A stretch of DNA of 26,260 bases from an uncultured Deferribacteres bacterium (GCA_964014485.1 CAXHAT010000110.1:1-26260); one strand, 5' to 3'. Shown: positions 15,621 through 24,827, numbered from the stretch's first letter. The notes: generated by a model from the sequence alone, not told the origin. Program-made: numbers and translations.

Positions 15621-17492
15621 CTACATTTTCTGGCCAAAAACAACCGTGCCGCCAAGAGAAGTAATCGTGCGTTCCGCCGTTTCACCATTAGTCCATGCCA
15701 CTTTCACTCGCACGGGCCCATCGCAGACGCCTAAACCAAAATGGACAAAGTTGTTAAAACCACGAGAGTATGCCGCCCCAGTTGAACCTACTCGTTTGAC
15801 TTGTTCGGTTCGGCAAGCCTTAACGCTCACCAATGCTCCATGACCGGTCGCCTTTCCCGATTCTGAATTTCCGACATCCACAACGATATATTTTGCACTA
15901 TCGGCTCCTTGTTGCATGGTATTTTTAAACAGATGCCATTTGCCTCGCTCACTTCCAAAAACGACGTCAACCCACCCGTCCTGGTTGTAGTCCAGCGTTT
16001 CAACGCCGGCGCCTATCGCACCCAGCTCTTGCGAAACAATATTGTGGCGGTTCAACAACGTAAAGCCAGCCTTGCCCCTGTTGAGATGAACAAGCGCTTC
16101 GTTTTGGTGAATGAGATCGCCCCGACGCATAATCAGCAAGTCCTGCCAGCCATTGTTATCAAAGTCTGCTGCTGCGACGCCGGTGGTGTGCTCCTTGAGA
16201 TATAGATTTGCTTGCTTGGTCACATCCTTGAATTTGCCGTTTCTATTTTCCAGCAAAATATCGCTCGGGCCCTCTGGATGTTCGTAGGCGGGATAAGAAC
16301 TCACACCATGCACGACGCCAGTCGCGGGAGACCAAATATCACCGGCAAGGCGCCAGGTCCGGTTGCCGACGTAGCCAATGTAGGTTCCTTTCTTGATGAG
16401 CTTGTCAGGGAACCCCAACGCATCACTGTTTACCAGTCGAAAGTTTTTTCCCGAATGCGTTTCACCGGGGAAAGCATAATCGTAAGCCGATTCACCAATG
16501 TAAAAGGCGTCGTTATGCGGCCATTGCGTTTGATAATTTTCGATGTGCAAGACGTCTCCGACAACCAAATCATCAAACCTGAACTTTCCGCGTTTCGTGA
16601 AAAATCCCCAGGTCTGCGTCTCCGGATCATAAAAGGTCTCGCCGATTTCAAATTCCTTTCCTCTTGTCAGAAAGAGGTCGAAATCGCCATCGTTGTCGTA
16701 ATCGAACTCGACGATTCCCGTCACCTGCGTAAGGCCAACCGGGAGCACTGCATCGGTAACATCTTCAAAGGTCAGATCCCCGCGGCCTTGATATGCTTTT
16801 ACCTTGCCATGTCCGTAAAGAAGAATATCGACAATGGCATCGCTGTTGAAATCGGTCAGCGTGGTTTTCTGGCCGTCGGATCGTACCGGCGGTAGTGTGG
16901 ATGAAAGCGCCAATCGCCCTTTGCCGTCGTTTTCATAGATGTAGTTCTCGCTCTTGCCATTCTTCTCGCGATCAGGAAAGGCAAAGTTCAGCAAATCAAG
17001 GTCGCCATCATTGTCTAAATCGACAAATTTTACAGTGCGGCCGCGCATAAGTTCTAATGGCGGATTGAAGTCCGGCACTTCAGTAAAGTTGCGATGCTTA
17101 TCAACACGAAATATTTTTGAATTTCGAGCATTGCTTCCTGAACCGCCGCCCCGCGAAATGACAATCTCCAAAGTGCCGTCCCGATCAAGATCGCCAACCG
17201 AGACGCCATGCATATCGCCCATAATCAGATCATAAGGCAGTGCGAAACGTCCCTTATTGTTCCAGCAGACCCGAACGCTAAATCCGTGATCATTGAGGAG
17301 CAGATCTAAATAGCCGTCCTGATCCAAATCCGCAATCACGGGAGCATCCCATTTTCTCAGTTTTTTTTCTTCTCTGGGAAAATCAGCTCGTGCCTCAACA
17401 AAAGGAATCGGAGAGCCGCTTTGGGCCGACTGTCCTTTAGTGTTGTAAGGCAAGAAGACGATCAAAAACAGAGCGCAAACAATTCGTTTCAT
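15621..17492 (-). CDS. FG-GAP/VCBS-repeat beta-propeller with C-terminal ASPIC/UnbV domain (CRTAC1-like)
   Basis: Signal peptide and seven DxDxDG-like Ca-binding repeats (DLDQDG, DLDRDG, DLDNDG, DFNSDA, DYDNDG, DFDNNG, DYNQDG). C-terminal GALVSV..VHFGLG..VAWTNG. Confidence 0.85.
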   Translation of the reverse strand: MKRIVCALFLIVFLPYNTKGQSAQSGSPIPFVEARADFPREEKKLRKWDAPVIADLDQDGYLDLLLNDHGFSVRVCWNNKGRFALPYDLIMGDMHGVSVGDLDRDGTLEIVISRGGGSGSNARNSKIFRVDKHRNFTEVPDFNPPLELMRGRTVKFVDLDNDGDLDLLNFAFPDREKNGKSENYIYENDGKGRLALSSTLPPVRSDGQKTTLTDFNSDAIVDILLYGHGKVKAYQGRGDLTFEDVTDAVLPVGLTQVTGIVEFDYDNDGDFDLFLTRGKEFEIGETFYDPETQTWGFFTKRGKFRFDDLVVGDVLHIENYQTQWPHNDAFYIGESAYDYAFPGETHSGKNFRLVNSDALGFPDKLIKKGTYIGYVGNRTWRLAGDIWSPATGVVHGVSSYPAYEHPEGPSDILLENRNGKFKDVTKQANLYLKEHTTGVAAADFDNNGWQDLLIMRRGDLIHQNEALVHLNRGKAGFTLLNRHNIVSQELGAIGAGVETLDYNQDGWVDVVFGSERGKWHLFKNTMQQGADSAKYIVVDVGNSESGKATGHGALVSVKACRTEQVKRVGSTGAAYSRGFNNFVHFGLGVCDGPVRVKVAWTNGETAERTITSLGGTVVFGQKM

Positions 17493-17532
17493 TGAAGATT
17501 GGGTCTAATTTTATTCGCTGCTTCCGAAACTA

Positions 17533-19194
17533 TCACTTTGGTTCAGGCAGATTTCCTGCCCAGCCTTTATTGAACTGTGTCAAAAGTCTGCTAACCAATT
17601 GCGGTTTCTGGTCAGCAATATTCCTGGTTTCCGCCGGGTCGGATTGGTGATCATAGAGTTCTAAAAAAATGGGCTTCGAGTCCGATTTTGTTCGATCTTT
17701 CCACACGACGAAGCGGTATTGATCGGTTCTCATCGCATATCCCATCAGGTCGTTTTCGAAGAGATCTCGATTCCACTTCTCCCCCTGCTGTGAAATAATC
17801 TGAGCTTCCACACCTTCGATGAGCGGGCCGAAATAGGTCTCCCGCATTTTCGGGGTGAGCGGATTAGCGGCCCATTCTCTCAATGCAGGACTGGGAAAGA
17901 GGCTGAAAGCAGCTTGTTTCCAGTGTCGATTTGGATCGTCAAGCAGGGGGGCAAAACTATGTCCTTCCACATGTTCAGGCACATCGATTCCCGCCAATTC
18001 GCAAAGGGTTGGATACATATCAATTAACTCAACCAGTGCGTCTGTCTTTTTGCCTCGACTGCTCTCCGGCATGTCTGGCGTCCAGATCATCAGCGGAACG
18101 CGAGTCGCGATTTCGTAGTTTGTGGCTTTCCCCCACACGCCCATATCGCCAAGATGCCACCCGTGATCGCTCCACAACATGATGATTGTATTGTCCCTTG
18201 CCCCGGCTTCTTCCAGCGCTGTGATCATTTTGCCGACGAGCGCATCGACATAACTCACACTGGCGAGATATCCATGTTTCAAAGTTCGCGCGAGTTCGCC
18301 TTCGATTGGTCCGCTCTTGGGGATACCGTGACGCACCCGCAACTCAAACGAAGCGTGGAGCCCCATAGCGGCGCCGTTTTCGGGACTTTCCGTGTGGGCG
18401 GCCATGGGGATTTTTTCGCGATCGTACATATCCCAATAGCGCTTGGGGGCGTTCCAATCGAGATGAGGCAGTCTGAATCCCAGCCCGAGAAAGAAAGGCT
18501 TTTCACTATCCGTTAGCATTTCCTGCATTGTTGCAATCGCGACTTCAGTATTATAGCCGTCGATATAAGCGTGATCGGGAACGTCCGCAATCTCATAAGC
18601 CGGCCCTCTCCCCAAGGCATGATGAGAGGTGGCTCCTTCGCCATATTTTTTTCGAATGGCGGCCTGGTTCGCTTTAAAGATTTCCTGATTTTCTTCAAGT
18701 GCGTAGGCGCCAGGATATCTGGGCTTCGGGATGTCGACCTTCGCAGGCTCGCGACTCCACGATTTTTCGTGATCGGCAAAAGCAGGTTTGTGATAGATTT
18801 TCCCGCTGTACGCCGTTTCATAGCCTTTTGCCCGAAAGTGCTGCGGCAGGGTGATGATGTTCGGATTAGCGTCTCTGAAATAGGTGTAGTTTTCAATGAC
18901 ATTGATCGTTTCGGGCCGCCCGCCCGTCATCAGACTGGCTCGAGCTGGACTGCAAATGGCTTGCTGGGTGTAAGCTCTGTTAAAGAGAAGGCCGCCTTGC
19001 GCCAGCTTGTCGATATTCGGCGTTACCGCTATTTCAGATCCATAACACCCCAATTCCGGCCGAAGGTCATCGATTGCGATGAAGAGAATGTTCGGTTTTC
19101 TCTTGGTCTTTTCGGATTGTACACATCCAAAGCAGAGAACGATGGCGCAAACGAAACAAACGAGACCGCAACTTTTGAAAGGACGAGTGAACAT
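17533..19194 (-). CDS. S1 sulfatase, S1_7 / iduronate-2-sulfatase-like, probable lipoprotein
   Basis: PNILFIAIDDLRPELGCYG, CSPARASLMTG, GKIYH, PHL, SDHGWHLG, WGK. Start at ATG 19194 after RBS AAGGAG (the track gives 19221). Signal ends CFG-C. Confidence 0.9.
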   Translation of the reverse strand: MFTRPFKSCGLVCFVCAIVLCFGCVQSEKTKRKPNILFIAIDDLRPELGCYGSEIAVTPNIDKLAQGGLLFNRAYTQQAICSPARASLMTGGRPETINVIENYTYFRDANPNIITLPQHFRAKGYETAYSGKIYHKPAFADHEKSWSREPAKVDIPKPRYPGAYALEENQEIFKANQAAIRKKYGEGATSHHALGRGPAYEIADVPDHAYIDGYNTEVAIATMQEMLTDSEKPFFLGLGFRLPHLDWNAPKRYWDMYDREKIPMAAHTESPENGAAMGLHASFELRVRHGIPKSGPIEGELARTLKHGYLASVSYVDALVGKMITALEEAGARDNTIIMLWSDHGWHLGDMGVWGKATNYEIATRVPLMIWTPDMPESSRGKKTDALVELIDMYPTLCELAGIDVPEHVEGHSFAPLLDDPNRHWKQAAFSLFPSPALREWAANPLTPKMRETYFGPLIEGVEAQIISQQGEKWNRDLFENDLMGYAMRTDQYRFVVWKDRTKSDSKPIFLELYDHQSDPAETRNIADQKPQLVSRLLTQFNKGWAGNLPEPK

Positions 19195-19221
19195 TTTTTC
19201 TCCTTGTGCAGTTGATCGCAT

Positions 19222-21213
19222 CTACCAGACCACTGGCATGAACACGGTCATCTCGGCCGTTCCCCTGTTGCTCCAGGCGAAATAAGGCACAAAAATGGTC
19301 TCAAACGAATTCCATTTGGGTTTTTGAACGGCGCGATACAAGCCCTTGCCTTTATCCTGACGCAGCAGAACATTCCCTTTGATAATGGAGACGCCTCCGA
19401 GAAAATCAGGGCGATGTTCGGTCCTCAACTCCGTATTTCCGTCGATGTAGACGTCAAGAATTTCGGTTCCCTGCGGCAGGTCTGGCGACTCCACACAATA
19501 AACGATAGGGCCGCGCTTAAGGGCCACTTGATTGCGCACTTCTTCAATCCGAGGATGACCTTCGACAAGCGTGATCTTCATTGGCATGTCGATGGAAATG
19601 ACGTCACCCGGCTTCCACACGCGTTCCATCCGGGCAAATGTCCCTGCTTCAATGTCGATCCCGGCATCCTCTCCATTGAGGCGCACCTTTGCATCTTCTG
19701 CCCATCCGGGAATCCGGAATAATATCTCAAACGGCGAGTCTTTGCATTCCTGAATAGTGATATTCACCAATCCTTTCCACGGATATTCAGTGTCTTGAGT
19801 CAGCTTGAGTGGCGTGTCATCAGCGAGGCGGGTATCGAGTTCGCTGCCGCCATACAGATTGACGGCAACACCGTTCTCCGACAGGCTGTAGGCCCATCCG
19901 GAGACTTCAGCAATCGTGCGCACGAGGTTGGGCGGGCAACAGAAACAGTGAAGATACGGCTCGCGATTTGGCGTCTCGGTCACATCCTTATGCGCTTCAT
20001 AGTCCCGAGTGTTGTGAATCATGCGGAGCGGATTGGCATAAAAGTAATCCTTCCCTTCGAGGCTAATGCCAGAAAGGCCGCTATTGTACAAGACCAATTC
20101 CGCAACATCCGCAAATCTGGCGTCGCCATGGATGCTCAACATTCGATAACTGAACATGGCGTTGCACAGGTTGGCGCAGGTCTCGTTATATGACGTCATG
20201 TTGGGCATCATATATTCATCGATAAACCCTTCCTCGATCATGTCGCGGTTCGTTGAAGCGCCATAATGCGTCTGCCCGACGGCGCCGGTCACGAACATCT
20301 TTTTAGCGGTGACATTTTCCCAAAGCCTGTCGAGAGCGTCTATCAGCGCTTTCTCACCAGTTTCAGCGTACACATCGGCGGCGCCGGCATAGTAGTAGAG
20401 TGCGAGCACGGCATGCCCAACCGCCTCGTTCGATTCACGCAGCGGAGTCCGTTCCTGCACCATGTCGCCAATGGGATATCCTTCCGTGGTAGCATGATGC
20501 TCAACTTTGAATTTGCCCCTGTTGTTGATGAATCGTTCCGCCAAATCGAGATATTTCTTGTCCCGAGTCGTCCGATACAGTTCAACCAATCCCATGATCT
20601 GCGTCTGATTGAAACCAAATCGACCGTAGTGCTTGGTCTCAGGCATAAAAAGGGTATGGAGCAAATCAGCTTGCTTGATGGCAATCTCGAGAAAGTTCCG
20701 TTTTCCGGTAACGCGGTGATGAATGCAGGCGCTGATCAACAAGTGCCCCGTGTTGTACATTTCGTGGTACTTGCGATTTTCGTAGCGATCGACGTCATCC
20801 CGAAGCTGAATCTGGGTTTGTAAATAGCCGTCGTGTTCCTGAGCGCTTGCGATAATCCTGATGTATTCGTCAAGCTCTTCAAGCAACTCTTTTTCCCCCG
20901 TGTGAGCGTAAACGCACGTTTTGGCTTCCATGAACTTATAGAAGTCGCCGTCATGCCAAAACATCCCTTTATGCTCGCCGTCTTTCTCCCCGGCCGCGAT
21001 CTTGAAATTGTTGAGCGCATGGCCGACGTCGCCACACAAGACCTCACCCATATACGGCACCATCGTTTCTTCGCAAACCCTGAACTTCTCAGCCCAGAAA
21101 CCCTTCGTCCACCTGCAATCCGCAAGAGGGATGCTCTTCAGCTTTACAAATGGACTCTGAGAATTGTCCAGAATTGTGCCGCCAGAATGATGAGAACGGT
21201 CCATTTCGCTCAT
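19222..21213 (-). CDS. GH127 glycoside hydrolase, likely alpha-1,3-(3,6-anhydro)-D-galactosidase (DagA-like), cytoplasmic
   Basis: DGDFYKFMEA, HEMYNTGHL, GHAV, YNETCA, CFCCPPN, RGPIVYCVE, VPYFAWSNRG. No signal peptide. Confidence 0.87.
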   Translation of the reverse strand: MSEMDRSHHSGGTILDNSQSPFVKLKSIPLADCRWTKGFWAEKFRVCEETMVPYMGEVLCGDVGHALNNFKIAAGEKDGEHKGMFWHDGDFYKFMEAKTCVYAHTGEKELLEELDEYIRIIASAQEHDGYLQTQIQLRDDVDRYENRKYHEMYNTGHLLISACIHHRVTGKRNFLEIAIKQADLLHTLFMPETKHYGRFGFNQTQIMGLVELYRTTRDKKYLDLAERFINNRGKFKVEHHATTEGYPIGDMVQERTPLRESNEAVGHAVLALYYYAGAADVYAETGEKALIDALDRLWENVTAKKMFVTGAVGQTHYGASTNRDMIEEGFIDEYMMPNMTSYNETCANLCNAMFSYRMLSIHGDARFADVAELVLYNSGLSGISLEGKDYFYANPLRMIHNTRDYEAHKDVTETPNREPYLHCFCCPPNLVRTIAEVSGWAYSLSENGVAVNLYGGSELDTRLADDTPLKLTQDTEYPWKGLVNITIQECKDSPFEILFRIPGWAEDAKVRLNGEDAGIDIEAGTFARMERVWKPGDVISIDMPMKITLVEGHPRIEEVRNQVALKRGPIVYCVESPDLPQGTEILDVYIDGNTELRTEHRPDFLGGVSIIKGNVLLRQDKGKGLYRAVQKPKWNSFETIFVPYFAWSNRGTAEMTVFMPVVW

Positions 21214-21269
21214 TTTGCTTCTTACTCGTTAACTGTCGCGTTGACTAAAAACCAGACAAGTTCACACCG

Positions 21270-22838
21270 TTATTTTTTTGATATCAAGGCCAGTTGAATT
21301 TCCTCGATACTCATGTTCTTCGTTTCTTTCAGTGTGAAAAACAAGATAACCAGGCCGACAGCAACCGTTCCGGCGTAAAAGAGAAAGATGGTACTCATCC
21401 CCATATTCTCCAACTGCCAGGGGAAGAACTTTTGGACGACGTAGTTGGTAAAACTGGTCACAATCGTAAAGAACGGAATCGCAATGGCCCGCACGGAGAT
21501 GGGGAAGATTTCCGAAAAAAGCACCCACATCACCGGACCCACCGAAAAATGGAAAGCGCCGATGAAACTCAGGATGCCCAACAGAACCAGAGTCGCATTC
21601 ATCTTGATGGCTTTCTCTAACAACAGGCTTTGATGGGCTTGCTCATCGGCTGCGCCCAGAGTTTCACGAATGGCGTCCTTGAAGGCGATGTCGCTTTCGT
21701 ATTCAACGCCGACCAGCGCGTTCAGACGTTCAACCTCTGAAATTTCCGTCATTTCTGAGACTGCTTCTGCCGTCAAAACGTAACGAGCTTCGTTAAAGAC
21801 ATAAGAACACAAGCCGAGACTGGCGATGATCCAAACCATGCCCCAAATGATCAGAGGCCTTCGCCCTAGCCTGTCGACGAGCACTAAGCCAAGAATTGTA
21901 AAAACGACACTCGTTATGCCAACCCAGATGGCCTGAGAGAAGGCGGCATCGACGCCGAGTCCCAACTGCTTAAAGACGGTCTGCGCATAAAACAAAATCG
22001 CGTTGATGCCAGTCGCCTGTTGCGCAATGGCGATAGTGAAGGCGATGATAAAAATGAGTCGCATCGGCTTGCCGAAAATCTCCTTCATTTGGGCCAAAAC
22101 CGAACGATCCTGCGTGGTCTCGCGAATGCTCTCCTGCATTTCATCAACATGCTTGTCAATTTCATCAGCAGGCATAATTTTCTTTAAACTGGCCTTTGCC
22201 TCTTCAATCCGGCCACAGTTTGTCAGCCAGGCCGGGCTCTCAGGAATCATCGAAAGCAGACCGAGCCAAATGGCTGCCGGCAGGATTTCCGATCCGAGCA
22301 TCCAACGCCAGGTATATTCGTCTATTCCCAGGGTACGGACCCAATCGGCGCCAGTCCCTGCCCAGTGATGAATGAGATAATTGATGAAGTAGGCTCCAGA
22401 CAGACCAACGACAATATTGATCTGGGTCATCGAAACCAGCTTTCCACGCCATTTGGGTGGGGCAATTTCCCCGATATACATTGAAGCCAGTGCGATGGAT
22501 GTGAAAGCGAGTCCACCGAGAAAACGCGCGACGACCAGCGTCCAGTAACTCGGCGCAATTGCAGAAGTAACGGCAGAGACCAGGTAGAGAATGGCAATAA
22601 GCTGGATCGTGCGTTTCCGGCCAAACCGGTTTGTGATAAACCCGGCAAACGGCAAGGCGATCAGCACGCCTAATGCCGGTGCGCTGACAACATTCCCAAT
22701 CTGAAGCGCGGTCAGGGCAAACTCTGCCGTGATAAAGTCTACCGTCCCGGCGATCAATGCCGCATCGAGGCCGAAAATAAAACCGCCCATCGCCACGATT
22801 GTCGCGTACAAAAATGCGTTTTTGTCGAATCTACTCAT
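21270..22838 (-). CDS. Sugar-porter family MFS transporter
   Basis: GGFIFGLD, RFGRK, YIGEIAP..RG, PESP, QQATGINAILFY, DRLGRRPL, GPVMWVLFSEIFP, ETKN. Confidence 0.95.
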   Translation of the reverse strand: MSRFDKNAFLYATIVAMGGFIFGLDAALIAGTVDFITAEFALTALQIGNVVSAPALGVLIALPFAGFITNRFGRKRTIQLIAILYLVSAVTSAIAPSYWTLVVARFLGGLAFTSIALASMYIGEIAPPKWRGKLVSMTQINIVVGLSGAYFINYLIHHWAGTGADWVRTLGIDEYTWRWMLGSEILPAAIWLGLLSMIPESPAWLTNCGRIEEAKASLKKIMPADEIDKHVDEMQESIRETTQDRSVLAQMKEIFGKPMRLIFIIAFTIAIAQQATGINAILFYAQTVFKQLGLGVDAAFSQAIWVGITSVVFTILGLVLVDRLGRRPLIIWGMVWIIASLGLCSYVFNEARYVLTAEAVSEMTEISEVERLNALVGVEYESDIAFKDAIRETLGAADEQAHQSLLLEKAIKMNATLVLLGILSFIGAFHFSVGPVMWVLFSEIFPISVRAIAIPFFTIVTSFTNYVVQKFFPWQLENMGMSTIFLFYAGTVAVGLVILFFTLKETKNMSIEEIQLALISKK

Positions 22839-22870
22839 TTAACGTTTTCCCGAAATATTCAAGGGAATGG

Positions 22871-24334
22871 CTATTTGTCTACAGCGCGAATTGCGATATC
22901 GTCAATGTACAGCTTTGCGGCCTTTGTCTCAGGCAAATCGTTGCGGTGGATTTCTAGACGCAACTGGTCATTGGGACTGGAAGCGTGTGTTCTGGAGATT
23001 TTCTGTTCGATGTTCACCCATTGGCGTCGCGGCAGTCCATCAAGTTCGAACGGCGCCACAACCAACCGCGGGGCCTCAAACGCAACATGCACGCGTTTCG
23101 CAATGCGTCCCTGATCCAGCCAAACATTCATGGAAAGAATGAAATCACCGGCAGGAATGTCGATCGCGCCCTTTGGAGAGAGAGCCACTGCTTTCTCCAC
23201 TTCCATTTTTTCATTCTTACCAAAGCCAGTAAATTTGAGGCTATTGACGCCGGTTGCGTAATCCCCTTCAACGATGGTCAAGTATTTTGCTGATCCCTCG
23301 TCAAACAACCAGAACTTCTGATAATCGTTTGTCTCGGAGTTTTCGGGCACCAAAGTCAGGGGCCGTGGATTCTCCTCATACAGAATCGGCCCTTCGAAAC
23401 CGAAAAAGGCGCGGTCCAACAGATTGGGGTCGGGCTTTTGCCAGACACGCATATATTCAATCTCAAAATCAACGGGCAACTCTTCCTTGTGAGGCACGCC
23501 CAGCCACTTGAAAATCTCAGAGTCTAACCAGATTTCCATCGGGTTATTGAGCACCCAATCCGTCCCGACTTCATCCTGTGTTACATGATAGGTTAATTTG
23601 CCGTCCCGGTAGATTTTTAGATAGTCTATCCCCCATTCGGCGCCATAAACATGAAATTCGTCTGCAGTTCGATACGGCAGGTCTTTTTCATCGTTCCCAA
23701 AGACCACCGTTGGCCTCACCGCTGGAGGACTCCAATCATGCACCGCGGCACGAACCGAGTTTTCCCGAATTGAGCCATTCTTGACTTTCGGGTTGCCCAT
23801 CTGCTCGAAAATATCCAATTCCTGCTCGTAGCCGATAGCCCAAAAGGCGCCCGTAATCGCAGCGTTACCGACTTTGGACTTGACTTCCATGTAGCCGTAC
23901 AAGAATCGCTTTTTGGTAATGACCCCGGCAGTGGTCACGGGCAAGGGCTTGCCTTCAAAGACGCCATACGTGTCATTGTTATTGCCATCTGCATAGTTCT
24001 CCCTGACAAAATTATAATCCGGCTCCCATTGCGTTCTTATTTTCAACTTGCCGTCTTCGACAATCGCATTGTGGGGCACAAATTGCGACGGGGCCCTGCC
24101 TTTCCAGATGTAATAGTCTCCATTCAAACCTTCGATAAACCACTTATTCGTGTCCAGTTCGGCGCCTTCAAACTCATCGCTGAGTTCCTCATTCAGAACC
24201 CATCCCCCCTTGTTCTGTGGATCCGAAAAAGGAGACACTGCTTTTTCCTCTTTTGACTCTTGTGCGGAGCCAACGGAAGCAAGTAGACATGCAATTAAGA
24301 GTATAGACTTGAGATACTTCACAAAATCCATCAT
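22871..24334 (-). CDS. GH16 glycoside hydrolase (GH16_13-like, furcellaran/beta-carrageenan-type) with C-terminal CBM-like domain
   Basis: Signal peptide, SDEF, WKGRAPSQF, FLYGYMEVKSK, ELDIFE catalytic motif, EYMRVWQ. About 180 extra residues ending LYIDDIAI. Confidence 0.8.
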   Translation of the reverse strand: MMDFVKYLKSILLIACLLASVGSAQESKEEKAVSPFSDPQNKGGWVLNEELSDEFEGAELDTNKWFIEGLNGDYYIWKGRAPSQFVPHNAIVEDGKLKIRTQWEPDYNFVRENYADGNNNDTYGVFEGKPLPVTTAGVITKKRFLYGYMEVKSKVGNAAITGAFWAIGYEQELDIFEQMGNPKVKNGSIRENSVRAAVHDWSPPAVRPTVVFGNDEKDLPYRTADEFHVYGAEWGIDYLKIYRDGKLTYHVTQDEVGTDWVLNNPMEIWLDSEIFKWLGVPHKEELPVDFEIEYMRVWQKPDPNLLDRAFFGFEGPILYEENPRPLTLVPENSETNDYQKFWLFDEGSAKYLTIVEGDYATGVNSLKFTGFGKNEKMEVEKAVALSPKGAIDIPAGDFILSMNVWLDQGRIAKRVHVAFEAPRLVVAPFELDGLPRRQWVNIEQKISRTHASSPNDQLRLEIHRNDLPETKAAKLYIDDIAIRAVDK

Positions 24335-24500
24335 AATAAAATCCAGTTTTTACGAAGAGCCTTTCATTTTGAATGCGCTCCGTGATGAAAACCTCTGTTT
24401 AGTTCCGAGTCTTTGGCAGTGCAGTGAGGCAAGTTTAGACAAGGTCAAATCGACCATAGCCTGCTCAAACTCGTTCGAGAATTGTGGCTTTTTTCTGTCT

Positions 24501-24530
24501 ATCGTATATTGTATACAAGATGAAGTGCAA
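24501..24530 (-). promoter_or_regulatory. Possible sigma70-type promoter for the leftward operon
   Basis: Minus strand TTGCAC-N18-TACGAT, with the operator motif covering the spacer and part of the -10 box. Confidence 0.4.
24504..24521 (+). promoter_or_regulatory. Putative GntR/FadR operator in the divergent GH16/galK intergenic region
   Basis: GTATATTGTATACAAGAT, 18/18 identical to the reverse complement of 14097-14114. Confidence 0.78.
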
Positions 24531-24573
24531 TTTAAAACTATAACGCAAGTCATTTAGCACGTTTCAGCAAATG

Positions 24574-24724
24574 TTAACCTGAATTATTCATAAACGTCAT
24601 TCCCGCGAAGGCGGGAATCTATAAATATCAACGACTTGGGTGCAATTCTGGATACCCGCCTACGCAGGTATGACGTTTTAAGTATTTGAGCGTAAATTGG
24701 CGGTTTATGAATAATTCAGGTTAA
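24574..24724. mobile_element. MITE-like element enclosing an inverted REP doublet
   Basis: Perfect 22-bp inverted repeats TTAACCTGAATTATTCATAAAC (24574-24595 / 24703-24724); the terminal TTAA may be a target duplication. Inner inverted pair 24592-24619 / 24651-24678 matches at 24/28. Confidence 0.78.
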
Positions 24725-24827
24725 ATACAATTAAGCGATTTCAGGGTAATCGAAACAGAATCGATTCACGACGACTCTCTTCTACAAATCCCTCGCGCCA
24801 CCTTGCAATTAACCGAAGATTCAAACT

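Noticed and set aside
16212..16895. 227-aa plus-strand ORF, and similar ones at 9062-9658, 18571-19215 and 20266-20823
   Set aside because: Antisense shadows of well-supported minus-strand genes with no recognisable domains.
24350..24553. 67-aa minus-strand ORF upstream of the large GH16
   Set aside because: It overlaps the operator/promoter and has no motif or RBS, so it is more likely promoter and 5' leader sequence.
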